From Methanobacteriota archaeon (GTDB lineage: Archaea; Thermoplasmatota; Poseidoniia; Poseidoniales; Thalassarchaeaceae), in contig PBMR01000005.1 of the NCBI GenBank assembly GCA_002722735.1, positions 74,402 through 138,401 on the forward strand: a DNA stretch of 64,000 bases. Direction: 5' to 3'. The position numbers and the translations under genes are program-made. A model generated the notes under the pieces. That model did no database searches. It saw only the letters and a list, made by a program, of their open reading frames with translations, and was not told the origin of the DNA. This document shows positions 8,775-18,501 of this stretch, piece by piece. Each line of letters opens with the position of its first letter. The stretch's first letter is position 1.

Positions 8775-9926
8775 TCAGTATCTCTCGAAGCTCACTTCGG
8801 GGTCAGCATGCGTCACCACTCTGCCCTGTTCAATCACTTCACCCACTATTCGACTTCCTGACAGCCGCTGCTCAAGCCACTCTGCCACCGGGTCGGCTGC
8901 AGTCGCGGACACGGCCACAACCATCCCCATCCCCATGTTGAAGGTCCTGTGCATCTCCTTGTTGTTCACAGACCCGACCTCCGCTATCCATTCGAACTCC
9001 GGTTGCACTGACAGCGGCTCAGCGATATGCCAGCCGAGGGAGTCATGGAGCCTCAGTAGGTTTGAGAGCCCCCCTCCAGTGATGTGGGCTATGGCCTTGA
9101 TGCCACCATCCTCGCAAATTCCCCCCTCTCTTCTCGACTCCAAAATCAGGTCAACCACCGGGTTGACGTAGATCCTAGTCGGATTCAACAGAACCTCACC
9201 TAAGGAGACGACACCATCACAATCGGGGAAGCGGGCGACCTCCCTCGATTGGTGCCAGTAGTCGAATGGAGCCGAATCCTCCAACGAGCAACCCGATCTC
9301 TCCAAGACTGCTCGGACAAGTGTGTAGCCGTTGGAGTGAAGGCCGCTGCTGGGAAGGCCGATGAGGACATCGCCCACTTCCAAATCCTCTCCTGTGATTC
9401 CTCCTCCGCGCGGGAACCATCCCAGAGCGGTGCCAGAGAGATCAAGCTCACTGACTATTCCGGGAAGGGTGGCGGTCTCCCCACCGGCAAGGGTGACCCG
9501 AGCCCTGGAGCAGCCCTCTGACAGCGAGGCTCCCAGAACTGCATGCACGTCAGGCTTCGTCTGAGGTACGGCGACGTAGTCCACGAATGCCAGTGGTTCG
9601 GCCCCTACGCAAATCAGGTCGTTCACGTTCATTGCTACGCAATCGATGCCCACGCCCTCGAGGCGACCCAGTTGGTTTGCAATTTGGAGCTTGGAGCCGA
9701 CTCCGTCCGTTGCCAAGGCCAAGCAGGAGTCACCGAACTCGATGGCTCCCCCGAAACCACCAGGCAGCGGAACCGGGGCACCAAGTTGCCCTGGCAGCCG
9801 TTCAGAGGACCCCACGGCCTCGATTAGGCTGGCTACGGCCAAACCCTCCTGCTCGGTATCGACTCCGCTCGAAGCATAGTCCATGGGCCCTGCCACGACC
9901 CGAGCGAGTGAAATCAAAGACTTCAT
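8775..9926 (-). CDS. purM: Phosphoribosylformylglycinamidine cyclo-ligase (AIR synthase) PurM
   Basis: DGVGSKLQIA...GIDCVAMNVNDLICVGAEPLAFVDY...GLHSNGYTLVR. The start could instead be ATG 9884 (MDYASSGVD). Confidence 0.9.
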   Translation of the reverse strand: MKSLISLARVVAGPMDYASSGVDTEQEGLAVASLIEAVGSSERLPGQLGAPVPLPGGFGGAIEFGDSCLALATDGVGSKLQIANQLGRLEGVGIDCVAMNVNDLICVGAEPLAFVDYVAVPQTKPDVHAVLGASLSEGCSRARVTLAGGETATLPGIVSELDLSGTALGWFPRGGGITGEDLEVGDVLIGLPSSGLHSNGYTLVRAVLERSGCSLEDSAPFDYWHQSREVARFPDCDGVVSLGEVLLNPTRIYVNPVVDLILESRREGGICEDGGIKAIAHITGGGLSNLLRLHDSLGWHIAEPLSVQPEFEWIAEVGSVNNKEMHRTFNMGMGMVVAVSATAADPVAEWLEQRLSGSRIVGEVIEQGRVVTHADPEVSFERY

Positions 9927-9949
9927 CCTCTCGGAAGAACAACATTTGA

Positions 9950-10010
9950 AAACAAAGGTAATATCCCTTTAAACGACCAGTTTTTCGTATGTTATTTATA
10001 AAGAAAACAT
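9950..10010. promoter_or_regulatory. AT-rich divergent promoter region (purM / binding-protein gene)
   Basis: Contains tttaaa (9968-9973) and tttataaa (9995-10002). It is the AT-richest stretch I noticed by eye in this part of the window and lies between divergent genes. Confidence 0.35.
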
Positions 10011-10064
10011 CAACAATCTCTATAACGTATCTGCCGCCCGCAGGGGCACGGATAGTGTATCACT

Positions 10065-13000
10065 ATGAATGCAAAGAAGATGATAGCAACGATGCTTACC
10101 CTGAGCATGCTGGCGGCAGCTTTCGCCGGATGCTTGGGTGGAGATGACGAGCCCGAGGAAGAGTGGGCACTTACACCTGCAGCTGATGTCAGCGCGGTGT
10201 ACGTGACCTCCGACTGGGACCCCATCATCCCCAACCTGAACGACGGAACGATTTGCGAGGCCATCCTCTCAACCATGACCATCACGACAGCAAGAGAGGA
10301 AGTCGTCGACTTCACCAGGGGCTACTACACAAGCAGCCAGGGTGTAATCGGAGGATCTTCAGCCGCAGCAATCACGAGTGTTAGTGACTTGAATGCTGCT
10401 GGGACTAAAGTAGCAGTCCAATCCGGCACTACCTCGCAGATATTCGCCGAGGGCGACGGCACCAATGACGCCAACCTGCCTCTGGCCACGATTCAGGCCT
10501 ACGCGGACTTCCCGTCCGTTACCGCGGCCGTAGCCAACGGAGACGCTGACTACGCACTGGGCGATGCCCCGGTTCTGGCTCTAGCAGGAACTATCCTTGC
10601 CGTGTTCTCCGATGAGAACTACGGAATAGCCGTGGCAGAAGACGACAACGGTGAGTTGCTTGACGCACTGAACGTAGCCATCACCGCTGTGATAAACTCC
10701 GGTGAGCACGACCTGATTGCCGGTGCTTGGGATCTAGCAGCACCGATTGTGGACGACACTACCGCTGATACGGCGACTGCTTACCCCACGCCAACCGAGG
10801 GTAGCACGCTGACTGCGGTTCTAGAGTCTGGCAACCTGAAGTTCTGTTCAGACACATCATACCCCCCATTCGAGAATCTGGATGCCGATGGTAATGCAGT
10901 CGGTTTCTCCATTGACCTTGGGGATGCGATCGTTGACGAGATTGCCGCCCACTACATGGGCACGGCCAACCCGACGTTCGTGCCGCCCGCGCCAGAGACC
11001 ATCAAGATCGGCGCCCTGTACGACTCTACTGGCCCCATCGCCAACTTCGCGCCCGGCTTCGAGTTCGCCGTCGCGCAGGCGATAAGCGACCTGAACGCCA
11101 TGTCCGGTGACTACACCTTTGAGGTAGTCACAGGGGATACCGGCTGCGATGGTACAACTGCTGGAGCCTCTGCCCAGACCCTGCTAGACTCAGGGGTCGT
11201 CGGAGTAGCGGGAGCAGCCTGCTCTGGTGCGTCGATAGGCGCCAACGCAGTCTTGTCACCCGCAGGGATTCCGATGGTCTCCTTCGCCAGCACCTCCCCC
11301 GCCTTGAGCGACGCCACCTCGCACCCGGACTTCTTCCGCGTGGTGCCCAGCGATGCGATTCAGGGAGAGGCCATGGCGGACATGGTCGCTGCCAGCGGGG
11401 CTACCTCGGTGGCCCTTATCCACATGGTCAACGCATACGGCGCTGGCCTGGCGGACTCGTTCAAGACCAACTGGGAGGCAGCCGGCAACACCGTCTGCAC
11501 CCAGTCCGGCTACGACGAAACTGCGACCAGCGACTACTCTAGCATCGTGCAGAGCGTCTCCGACGCCACTGGCTGCGACGCGGTTGTACTGGTTTCGTAC
11601 GCCGCAGACGGCGCTATGATCGTAGAGGCCATGGCCGTCGCGAGCATCGGTCTGCCGACCTTCGGCGCTGACGGTATAGCTGGCGTAGCCGCGTTGGACT
11701 CCTACACCGATGCGGCCGCTTCGAACGGCATCCAGACTACAAAGCCCAGAGCCGCTGCAGAATCCTTGAGCGACTTCCCGGCCAGGTGCACTGCGGACAC
11801 GGGCTGTGCTGCCGGAATCTTCACCTCTGAGGCCTACGACGCCGTGATGATCATCGGTGAGGCCTACAAGCATGGTAACGGCGCCGACATGTCTACGCAT
11901 GTCAAGATGGTCGGTACCGACTACGCGGGCGCTAGCGGCTCACACACGTTCCTGGATAACGGCGACGTGGGTGGTTCGGGCTACGATGTTTGCACCTTCC
12001 ACCACGTGCCTACCTACGGCCAGTACTTCAATTGCGACAGGATGTGGACCGCCGCTGGCGGCCTCGCCGCCGTCCCTTGGGCGGGCGCCACCCTCAAGAT
12101 CGGGTTCATGGGCGACGCTTCCAGCCCGGCTATCGGTGACTTCTGGGTTCCATTCCAGGCCGCAGCTGGGGTTGGCATGTCTATTGCCAACATCATTGCC
12201 TACAACCAAGGAGTCCAGTTTGAGCTGGTCTTCGGTGACACTGCATGTGATGGAACAACGGCAGCCACAGCAGCTCAGAGCCTAGTCGACGCCGGTGTGA
12301 TTGGCGTGGTCGGTGCTGCATGCTCCGGAGCCTCGATGGGCGCCAACGCGGTCCTCTCGGCTGCCGGTATCCCGATGATCTCGTACGCGAGCACCTCGCC
12401 CGCGCTGAGCAACGCGACGGCGTACCCGGACTTCTTCCGAGTGGTGCCCAGCGACGCCGGTCAGGGGGCTGCTCTCAGCGACCTCCTAACCGCCAACAGC
12501 GAGACCTCGGTGGCCCTGATTCACATGGTCAACGCGTACGGCGCTGGCCTGGCTGAATCCTTCAAGGCCAACTGGGAGGCAGCCGGCAACACCCTCTGCA
12601 CCCAGATCGGCTACGACGAGCAGACGACCACCGACTACTCGGCCATCATTCAGGGCGTACTCGACAACAGCTGCACATCCGTCGTCACGGTGTCCTACAA
12701 CTCCGACGGCGCTATGATCATCAACGAGCTGTCCGCAAACTCCTACACCGGGCAGATCTACGGTACTGACGGGATAGCCGAGGAGGCGATTTCCAACTAC
12801 ACCACCAGCAACGACGTGCTGAACGGTATCATAGCCACCAAGCCGGCATCGGCCACCCCGAGCATGATCTCGATGACGTTCGACGCGCTGTGCGCGGCAA
12901 CGAACCCCTGCGGTCTGGGAATATTCACCAAGGAGGCGTTCGACGCTGTGACGATCATGGCGTTCTCCGCCTTCACCCAGTTGAGCAACCCGGGAATCAC

Positions 13001-13184
13001 CTTGACCCAGGCCATCGCGGCCACTGGTGTCGGGTGGGCCGGAGCTTCAGGAGACATCACGTTCCTCGCGAACGGCGACACTCCCGGCTCGGGATACTGT
13101 GTCGGTGTGTACACCGCCGACTCTAGCGGCGTATCGTTCGACTGCACCCAGCATTGGGGAGCAAGCGGCCTTACCGACCTCTGA
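10065..13184 (+). CDS. Three-domain ABC substrate-binding lipoprotein: one type-2 PBP (polar amino acid type) plus two tandem LivK-like type-1 PBP domains
   Basis: Lipobox AAFAGCLGG. SBP_bac_3-like segment (WDPIIPNL...MTITTAREEVVDFTRGYY...KVAVQSGTTS...YGIAVAEDDNGELLDALN). Two LivK-like modules (IKIGALYDSTGP... and LKIGFMGDASSP...), each with GAACSGAS...ASTSPALS...PDFFRVVPSD. Confidence 0.85.
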   Translation: MNAKKMIATMLTLSMLAAAFAGCLGGDDEPEEEWALTPAADVSAVYVTSDWDPIIPNLNDGTICEAILSTMTITTAREEVVDFTRGYYTSSQGVIGGSSAAAITSVSDLNAAGTKVAVQSGTTSQIFAEGDGTNDANLPLATIQAYADFPSVTAAVANGDADYALGDAPVLALAGTILAVFSDENYGIAVAEDDNGELLDALNVAITAVINSGEHDLIAGAWDLAAPIVDDTTADTATAYPTPTEGSTLTAVLESGNLKFCSDTSYPPFENLDADGNAVGFSIDLGDAIVDEIAAHYMGTANPTFVPPAPETIKIGALYDSTGPIANFAPGFEFAVAQAISDLNAMSGDYTFEVVTGDTGCDGTTAGASAQTLLDSGVVGVAGAACSGASIGANAVLSPAGIPMVSFASTSPALSDATSHPDFFRVVPSDAIQGEAMADMVAASGATSVALIHMVNAYGAGLADSFKTNWEAAGNTVCTQSGYDETATSDYSSIVQSVSDATGCDAVVLVSYAADGAMIVEAMAVASIGLPTFGADGIAGVAALDSYTDAAASNGIQTTKPRAAAESLSDFPARCTADTGCAAGIFTSEAYDAVMIIGEAYKHGNGADMSTHVKMVGTDYAGASGSHTFLDNGDVGGSGYDVCTFHHVPTYGQYFNCDRMWTAAGGLAAVPWAGATLKIGFMGDASSPAIGDFWVPFQAAAGVGMSIANIIAYNQGVQFELVFGDTACDGTTAATAAQSLVDAGVIGVVGAACSGASMGANAVLSAAGIPMISYASTSPALSNATAYPDFFRVVPSDAGQGAALSDLLTANSETSVALIHMVNAYGAGLAESFKANWEAAGNTLCTQIGYDEQTTTDYSAIIQGVLDNSCTSVVTVSYNSDGAMIINELSANSYTGQIYGTDGIAEEAISNYTTSNDVLNGIIATKPASATPSMISMTFDALCAATNPCGLGIFTKEAFDAVTIMAFSAFTQLSNPGITLTQAIAATGVGWAGASGDITFLANGDTPGSGYCVGVYTADSSGVSFDCTQHWGASGLTDL
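10977..13181 (+). repeat. Tandem intragenic duplication (2 x about 1.1 kb) of the LivK-like domain
   Basis: Protein blocks TGCDGTTAGASAQTLLDSGVVGVAGAACSGASIGANAVLSPAGIPMVSFASTSPALSDATSHPDFFRVVPSD and TACDGTTAATAAQSLVDAGVIGVVGAACSGASMGANAVLSAAGIPMISYASTSPALSNATAYPDFFRVVPSD. DNA is also clearly similar, with an offset of about 1096 nt. Confidence 0.8.
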
Positions 13185-13204
13185 GACAGGGGCTGTGACG
13201 CAAA

Positions 13205-13241
13205 GCAGTGCGGCGGGCCCCGTGTTGGCCCGCCGCACTGC
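13205..13241 (+). terminator. Perfect 15-bp GC-rich stem-loop between binding-protein and permease genes (attenuator or mRNA stabiliser candidate)
   Basis: GCAGTGCGGCGGGCC (13205-13219), loop ccgtgtt, GGCCCGCCGCACTGC (13227-13241). It begins 21 nt after the stop at 13184. Confidence 0.5.
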
Positions 13242-13291
13242 CCAAACCCTAACATTAATGCGGGCAGGCTGTAGGTCTGTGCGTTGATTCC

Positions 13292-16200
13292 GTGATTCGA
13301 CGGCTTTGCGATTCTTTTTCGTCGTTCCCGAGGGGGCAGAGACGAGCCGCAATCGCCTCCCTGCTCCTCCTCGACTCTTTGGCACTGGGCCTTCTGAACG
13401 GTCAGGGACTGCTCAACCATCTCGATCGGATTCTCTTCGGGGACGGGCTGCCAAACGACCTCGTCTGGCTGCTGCAGCTCGTGGAGGCGATTGGCGCTGG
13501 ATTCACCTTTGTCAAGATTATTTTCGACGATTTCCGTCCAGGCATAGCCCGCAACGCGTCGATTGCCCTATCCCCGCTATTCTTGATCCTCGTCGTGTTC
13601 ACCTCCCTTGAGTTTCTGTTTCAGGGCCTCGAGTCAAGTGCGACGATTACCCTTGACGTTGTTTCCATCGGGACGAATACGTTGATTTGGTCTTCGACCT
13701 ACCTAGCAATCGCAATCGGCCTAACCCTGACTTACAAGGTCCAGAGGTACGGAAACTTCGCACAGTCTGAACTCTTCATGATAGGGATGTTCTTCCCAAT
13801 GGTGATGGCATGGAGCGATAACTACTACCCGATTTACGAGGCTCCTCGAGAGGGTGTTATCGCTTGGTCGCTTCTGCTGTGGACGCTGGCCGTCGCCTTC
13901 GTCGGTACAGGTATACTAGGGGTGATGATTGACCTGCTGGTTTACCGCGGCTTCAGGCTGCGCAAGGCCACACCCCAGGTGATGATGATAGCATCGTTGG
14001 GGGTTGCCCTTATTCTCCGAGCCATCTACTACCTGAGGTTCTCCTCCGCTAAGGTAGTGTTCGCACCGGACGCAGATTTGAGGTTGTCCACCATGAGGTG
14101 GCAGATTCCAACCACGAAGATCAGAATGAACCTCGGCGATCGCTCATTGAACGAGGGACAGACGTATACCCAGTTCAACTGCGAGCAGACAGGCCTCGAT
14201 GAAGTCACCGGCGAGCCCGTGCTCTCCAGAATAGTCAACGCGGCATCCAAGCCCGCTGTGGAGATCTATGACGTGACTGGGGACTGCATCACCCACGCCA
14301 CGACGAACTACCCCTACTACAAGGGAATCGTGCCCGCAGTGATTTTCGTCTCGGCCGCCCTCCTTTACTTGCTGCTCACCAAGACCCGCCTCGGAAGAAG
14401 GATGCGAGCAGTCGCCGACAACCCCGACCTGTCTGCCAGCAGCGGCATCAACGTCGAGATGGTACAAATGACCAGCGCGTTCCTGTCAGCGGGAATCTCG
14501 GGCTTGGGCGGGGCTGTGTTTGCACTCACCCTGCTTTACAACCCCGGAACCGCGTTTACCCTCCTACTGCCCTCGTTCGCAGTCATAGTTCTGGGAACCA
14601 TAGGATCAGTCCCAGGCGCCATAGTCGCCTCGCTGATGGTGGGTTTCGTTCGAGCACTCTCCTCGCCCATACTGATTGGCATAGGCCTTCCACTGAGTAG
14701 GCCAAATTACACAGCTATGGACGCAGTCATGCCATACATCTTCCTTGTCGCGATCCTGATGATTATGCCGGAGGGGATTGGTGATTCCTGGGAGAAGTGG
14801 AAAATTGATAGAATCAGGAAGAGGGAGTCCCGGGCCTCGGAACCATCGAGGGAAACCACAGCGGCGCTGGCCATACTTCCCACGGGGATCCTCGGACTTC
14901 ACCACTGGCATCGAGGTCGAACCGACAGGACAATCTCTTTCTCCGCGTTTGCGATAGGGGCCTATGTCTTCCATCGATTCAGCGACTTCATCGGCACCGA
15001 GTCGTTCGCCGAGGGGGCCTGTTCCACTGCGTGCGAGAATAGCCCAACCGCTGAGACCAATCTAGAGCTACTGACAAATCGAAACGACGGGACCCTGCTA
15101 ATAGAAGACTCGCCCTATTTCTCCGAGGCTGCAACTGATCTGGATGCCACTTGGCTCGATCTGATGCAGACAGAGGTCCAGATGGTGAACCTGATCGTAG
15201 ACATTGGTGATATGATTTGGCCTTGGGTCCCCGTACTGCTTTGGGCCTACGCAGTGTTTGAGGGCGTAAACATCCTGAGGGGGGGAGAGACTTTCGCCTC
15301 TATCGGGATTTTTCGCTGGGAGGCCCCAACTGGGCCTGATTTCGGCAATCCCCTGATGCAAGCGAAGGCAGCACTCTCGGGGGCTCTGGATGGCGCTAGG
15401 TCCGCATGGTCAGAATTCAATCGCATGCATGTCAAGGCACTCGAGCCTCTACGGAGCCTGTTCGATGAGGCACCCGGGTTTCTACGTGGCCTATTCGATC
15501 GGACGGTAGACCAGATGGATTGGGATGGGTTTTCCAATCCATACGGTCGCGAGGGCAGGGTTGGCTCCTGGATCACATTCGGGATTCTGATCCTCATACT
15601 CCTGCTTTTCTTGTGGTGGCTGCCCATCAGTGAAGAAACGGGGGCCTTCAATTGGTTCAAGGCCTTCCAGGTCTCCAACGTGCTTGTCGTCCTGTCGATA
15701 TTCATCCTGATGGCATTCTCGCTCAACTTGCACACCGGCATTACGGGAATGGTGAACTTCGGCGTCATTTTCTTCGTCGCCATCGGCGCCGTCTCCGTCG
15801 GTGTGCTTACTGCTCCAGTTCAGATGCACGGGTACGGTTGGGGCATCCTGCCAGCCACCATCTTGGCAATCATCCTCTCTGCTGCCTTCGGATGGGCACT
15901 TGCCTACCCAACTGCGCGCTTAAGGATGGATTACTTCGCCATAGTCACCATCTCCTTGGGCGAGATCGTCAGGGTCCTGCTTGCAGGAGAACCACTGCTC
16001 AGAACAGGTCCGATAGTGTCCGCGGTAGGCATAGGGAACTATCCCCTGCCACTCAAACAGTGGTGGTTCTGCGGTTCGGGAGTGGAAATAGGCGCGGGAA
16101 CGCCCTATATCAGCGCCAATAGCTGCAGAGACGATCCAATGCTGTCCTCTGCGTCCTCTTCAGTCAGCGACTTGCTCAACCTCGGCAGCGAGCCCGCACC

Positions 16201-16969
16201 CTACTTCCTCCTACTCGCCGCATTGGGTATGATTTGCGTATTCTTGGTCTGGCTCCTGCTAGAGTTACTGCTTGCCTCTCCCTGGGGAAGAATCCTCAAG
16301 TCTATCCGGGAGGACGAGGAGGTGGCCCAGCACCACGGTCACGACGTTCTCACTCACAAAGCAGCCAGCCTCGCCCTCGGAGCCGCAATAGCAGCGCTGG
16401 CAGGAGCAATTTGGGCCTGGAAACTGACAGGATTCGAGCCCACGTTCATGTCGCCGGCTAAGTCAACCTTCCTCGTATGGGCCGCATTCATCATCGGGGG
16501 CGCTGCGAATAATCGCGGAATGGTCGTCGGAGCGTTCATCATCGTGCTGATGGACTTCGTGTTCAACGTGTTAATCGCGGCTAGCTCGCCCGACCTCCCG
16601 CTATTCACCACGGCAGAACGCATAGACCTCCTTTTCAGTTGGCTGGTAACCGAACAGTGGGAAGTCGCCAAGACGTTCTTGGTGATAGCCACAATAGGAC
16701 TCGCAATCAGGTCTAGGATTATTTCTGAGATTGGCATCTGCGGCGCCCTCGTGTTCGCCTTCACGGCAGTCATGATGGGGGGGGAGAGGTCGATTGAAGC
16801 GGCGACTAACCTCACGGGAGACGTGTCAATCATAGGGGCAAGCATGGCATACGTGAAAGTCATGCTCGTAGGCCTCCTGATGCTCTACTCTCTCAAGTAC
16901 AACCCGAAGGGCCTGCTACCTGAAGTCCCAAGCCGACCCAATCGCCCAACAGGGGGTGATTCGGAATGA
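13292..16969 (+). CDS. Fused LivH-LivM branched-chain/hydrophobic amino acid ABC permease with large insertions
   Basis: N-half is LivH-like (YLAIAIGLTLTYKVQRYGNFAQSELFMIG...RMRAVADNPDLSASSGINV). C-half is LivM-like (FSLNLHTGITGMVNFGVIFF...SIREDEEVAQHHGHDV...). The single 1225-aa ORF starts at GTG. Confidence 0.85.
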   Translation: MIRRLCDSFSSFPRGQRRAAIASLLLLDSLALGLLNGQGLLNHLDRILFGDGLPNDLVWLLQLVEAIGAGFTFVKIIFDDFRPGIARNASIALSPLFLILVVFTSLEFLFQGLESSATITLDVVSIGTNTLIWSSTYLAIAIGLTLTYKVQRYGNFAQSELFMIGMFFPMVMAWSDNYYPIYEAPREGVIAWSLLLWTLAVAFVGTGILGVMIDLLVYRGFRLRKATPQVMMIASLGVALILRAIYYLRFSSAKVVFAPDADLRLSTMRWQIPTTKIRMNLGDRSLNEGQTYTQFNCEQTGLDEVTGEPVLSRIVNAASKPAVEIYDVTGDCITHATTNYPYYKGIVPAVIFVSAALLYLLLTKTRLGRRMRAVADNPDLSASSGINVEMVQMTSAFLSAGISGLGGAVFALTLLYNPGTAFTLLLPSFAVIVLGTIGSVPGAIVASLMVGFVRALSSPILIGIGLPLSRPNYTAMDAVMPYIFLVAILMIMPEGIGDSWEKWKIDRIRKRESRASEPSRETTAALAILPTGILGLHHWHRGRTDRTISFSAFAIGAYVFHRFSDFIGTESFAEGACSTACENSPTAETNLELLTNRNDGTLLIEDSPYFSEAATDLDATWLDLMQTEVQMVNLIVDIGDMIWPWVPVLLWAYAVFEGVNILRGGETFASIGIFRWEAPTGPDFGNPLMQAKAALSGALDGARSAWSEFNRMHVKALEPLRSLFDEAPGFLRGLFDRTVDQMDWDGFSNPYGREGRVGSWITFGILILILLLFLWWLPISEETGAFNWFKAFQVSNVLVVLSIFILMAFSLNLHTGITGMVNFGVIFFVAIGAVSVGVLTAPVQMHGYGWGILPATILAIILSAAFGWALAYPTARLRMDYFAIVTISLGEIVRVLLAGEPLLRTGPIVSAVGIGNYPLPLKQWWFCGSGVEIGAGTPYISANSCRDDPMLSSASSSVSDLLNLGSEPAPYFLLLAALGMICVFLVWLLLELLLASPWGRILKSIREDEEVAQHHGHDVLTHKAASLALGAAIAALAGAIWAWKLTGFEPTFMSPAKSTFLVWAAFIIGGAANNRGMVVGAFIIVLMDFVFNVLIAASSPDLPLFTTAERIDLLFSWLVTEQWEVAKTFLVIATIGLAIRSRIISEIGICGALVFAFTAVMMGGERSIEAATNLTGDVSIIGASMAYVKVMLVGLLMLYSLKYNPKGLLPEVPSRPNRPTGGDSE

Positions 16970-17763
16970 GCCCTGTGCTCAAGGTGGAAGGACTGCGCAA
17001 GGAGTTTGGAGGACTTGTGGCCGTAAATGACGCGTCCATCGAGGTAGGGGAGGGCGAGTTTGTTGGGCTCATAGGCCCCAACGGCTGCGGCAAGTCGACC
17101 ACGTTCAACTGCATAAGCGGACTGCTGGATCAGACTTCTGGAACCGTGGAGTTGTTTGGTCGGGACATCTCCGACAAGAGGCCCGACCAGATTCAGAAGA
17201 TGGGAATGACGCGGACCTTCCAGCACACTAGACTGTGGCGCCAGATGACGGTTATTGAGAATCTCATGGTGCCACCGAGGGGGCAGTTCGGGAGCTCGTT
17301 GGGGGATTCTGTGAGAGCGCTTCTGATACCCTTCGGCAATCCCGCAGAGGAGGAGCGCTTGGACAAGGCATACTCTGTTCTTGACCAGCTCGAGGTTCCT
17401 CACATGGCCCACAACCTGACCAGCGAGCTCTCCGGTGGGCAGAGCAAGCTCGTCGACATCGGTCGATCAATGATGGGGGACCCAAAGCTCCTGCTTCTAG
17501 ACGAGCCTGTAGCAGGGGTAGCAGGCCCCCTGGCCATGAAGATTTTCAACAACCTGAGGAATATTGTTGATGAGACCGGAATTTCGGTCCTCATCATCGA
17601 GCACAACATGGACTTCATCCTCAGGCAGGGCGTTGATCGCATCATCGTGATGAACGAGGGTGAGATTCTGATGCAGGGCACGCCTGACGAGGTTCGGGGA
17701 AACAGGGAGGTCATCGAGGCCTACCTTGGAGCAGTTGGTGAAACAGGGGGTGAGGAAGAGTGA
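16966..17763 (+). CDS. livG: ABC transporter ATP-binding protein LivG
   Basis: Walker A GPNGCGKST, signature LSGGQSKLVDIG, Walker B LLLLDEP. 4-nt overlap with the permease gene and a GGGGTGAT SD. Confidence 0.9.
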   Translation: MSPVLKVEGLRKEFGGLVAVNDASIEVGEGEFVGLIGPNGCGKSTTFNCISGLLDQTSGTVELFGRDISDKRPDQIQKMGMTRTFQHTRLWRQMTVIENLMVPPRGQFGSSLGDSVRALLIPFGNPAEEERLDKAYSVLDQLEVPHMAHNLTSELSGGQSKLVDIGRSMMGDPKLLLLDEPVAGVAGPLAMKIFNNLRNIVDETGISVLIIEHNMDFILRQGVDRIIVMNEGEILMQGTPDEVRGNREVIEAYLGAVGETGGEEE

Positions 17764-18479
17764 CCCGACTATTAGACATCAGAGAGCTCGAGGGCGGCTA
17801 CGACTCGGTCCAGATCCTCTACGGGATTGACATGCACGTAGACGAGGGCGAATTCGTGACGGTCATCGGCCCCAACGGCTGCGGCAAGTCGACACTAATC
17901 AAAACGATTTTCGGTATAGCGACATACTATCGTGGCGACATCGAGTACGGGGGCAAGCAAGTCTCCGGCTGGCGAACAGATCAGCTCGTCAACCTAGGCA
18001 TAGCCTATGTCCCTCAAGTGGACAACGTGTTCCCCTCGCTCTCCGTCAAGGAGAACCTCCAGATGGGTGGCAACTCCCTCCCCAACAACACCCTCATCGA
18101 GCGCATCGAACGCTCGCTTGAGATGTTCCCGGATTTACGCTCGCGCGAGCATGACCTCGCTGCCTCTCTTTCGGGCGGCGAGAGGCAGATGCTGGCAATC
18201 TCCCGTGCACTAATCTCGAATCCCAAGTTTCTCTTGCTCGACGAGCCCACGGCCGCCCTCTCACCGCTTTACCAGCAGCAGATTATCGAGCGCATAGACT
18301 CCCTGCGCGAGACCGGCATCACCATCCTCATCGTCGAGCAGAACGCTCGACTTTCCCTCGCTCGCTCTGATCGAGGGTACATTATGGCCAGCGGCAAGGT
18401 GGTACACTCTGGTGACGCCCAGCACATCCTGACCGACCCAGAGATCGGCGAGTACTTCCTTGGTTCAACAGGCCATTAA
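17760..18479 (+). CDS. livF: ABC transporter ATP-binding protein LivF
   Basis: GPNGCGKSTLIKTIFG, LSGGERQMLAISRAL, FLLLDEPT. GTG start overlaps the livG stop. Confidence 0.9.
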   Translation: MTRLLDIRELEGGYDSVQILYGIDMHVDEGEFVTVIGPNGCGKSTLIKTIFGIATYYRGDIEYGGKQVSGWRTDQLVNLGIAYVPQVDNVFPSLSVKENLQMGGNSLPNNTLIERIERSLEMFPDLRSREHDLAASLSGGERQMLAISRALISNPKFLLLDEPTAALSPLYQQQIIERIDSLRETGITILIVEQNARLSLARSDRGYIMASGKVVHSGDAQHILTDPEIGEYFLGSTGH

Positions 18480-18501
18480 GCGAGTACTCGATACCAGGGG
18501 G

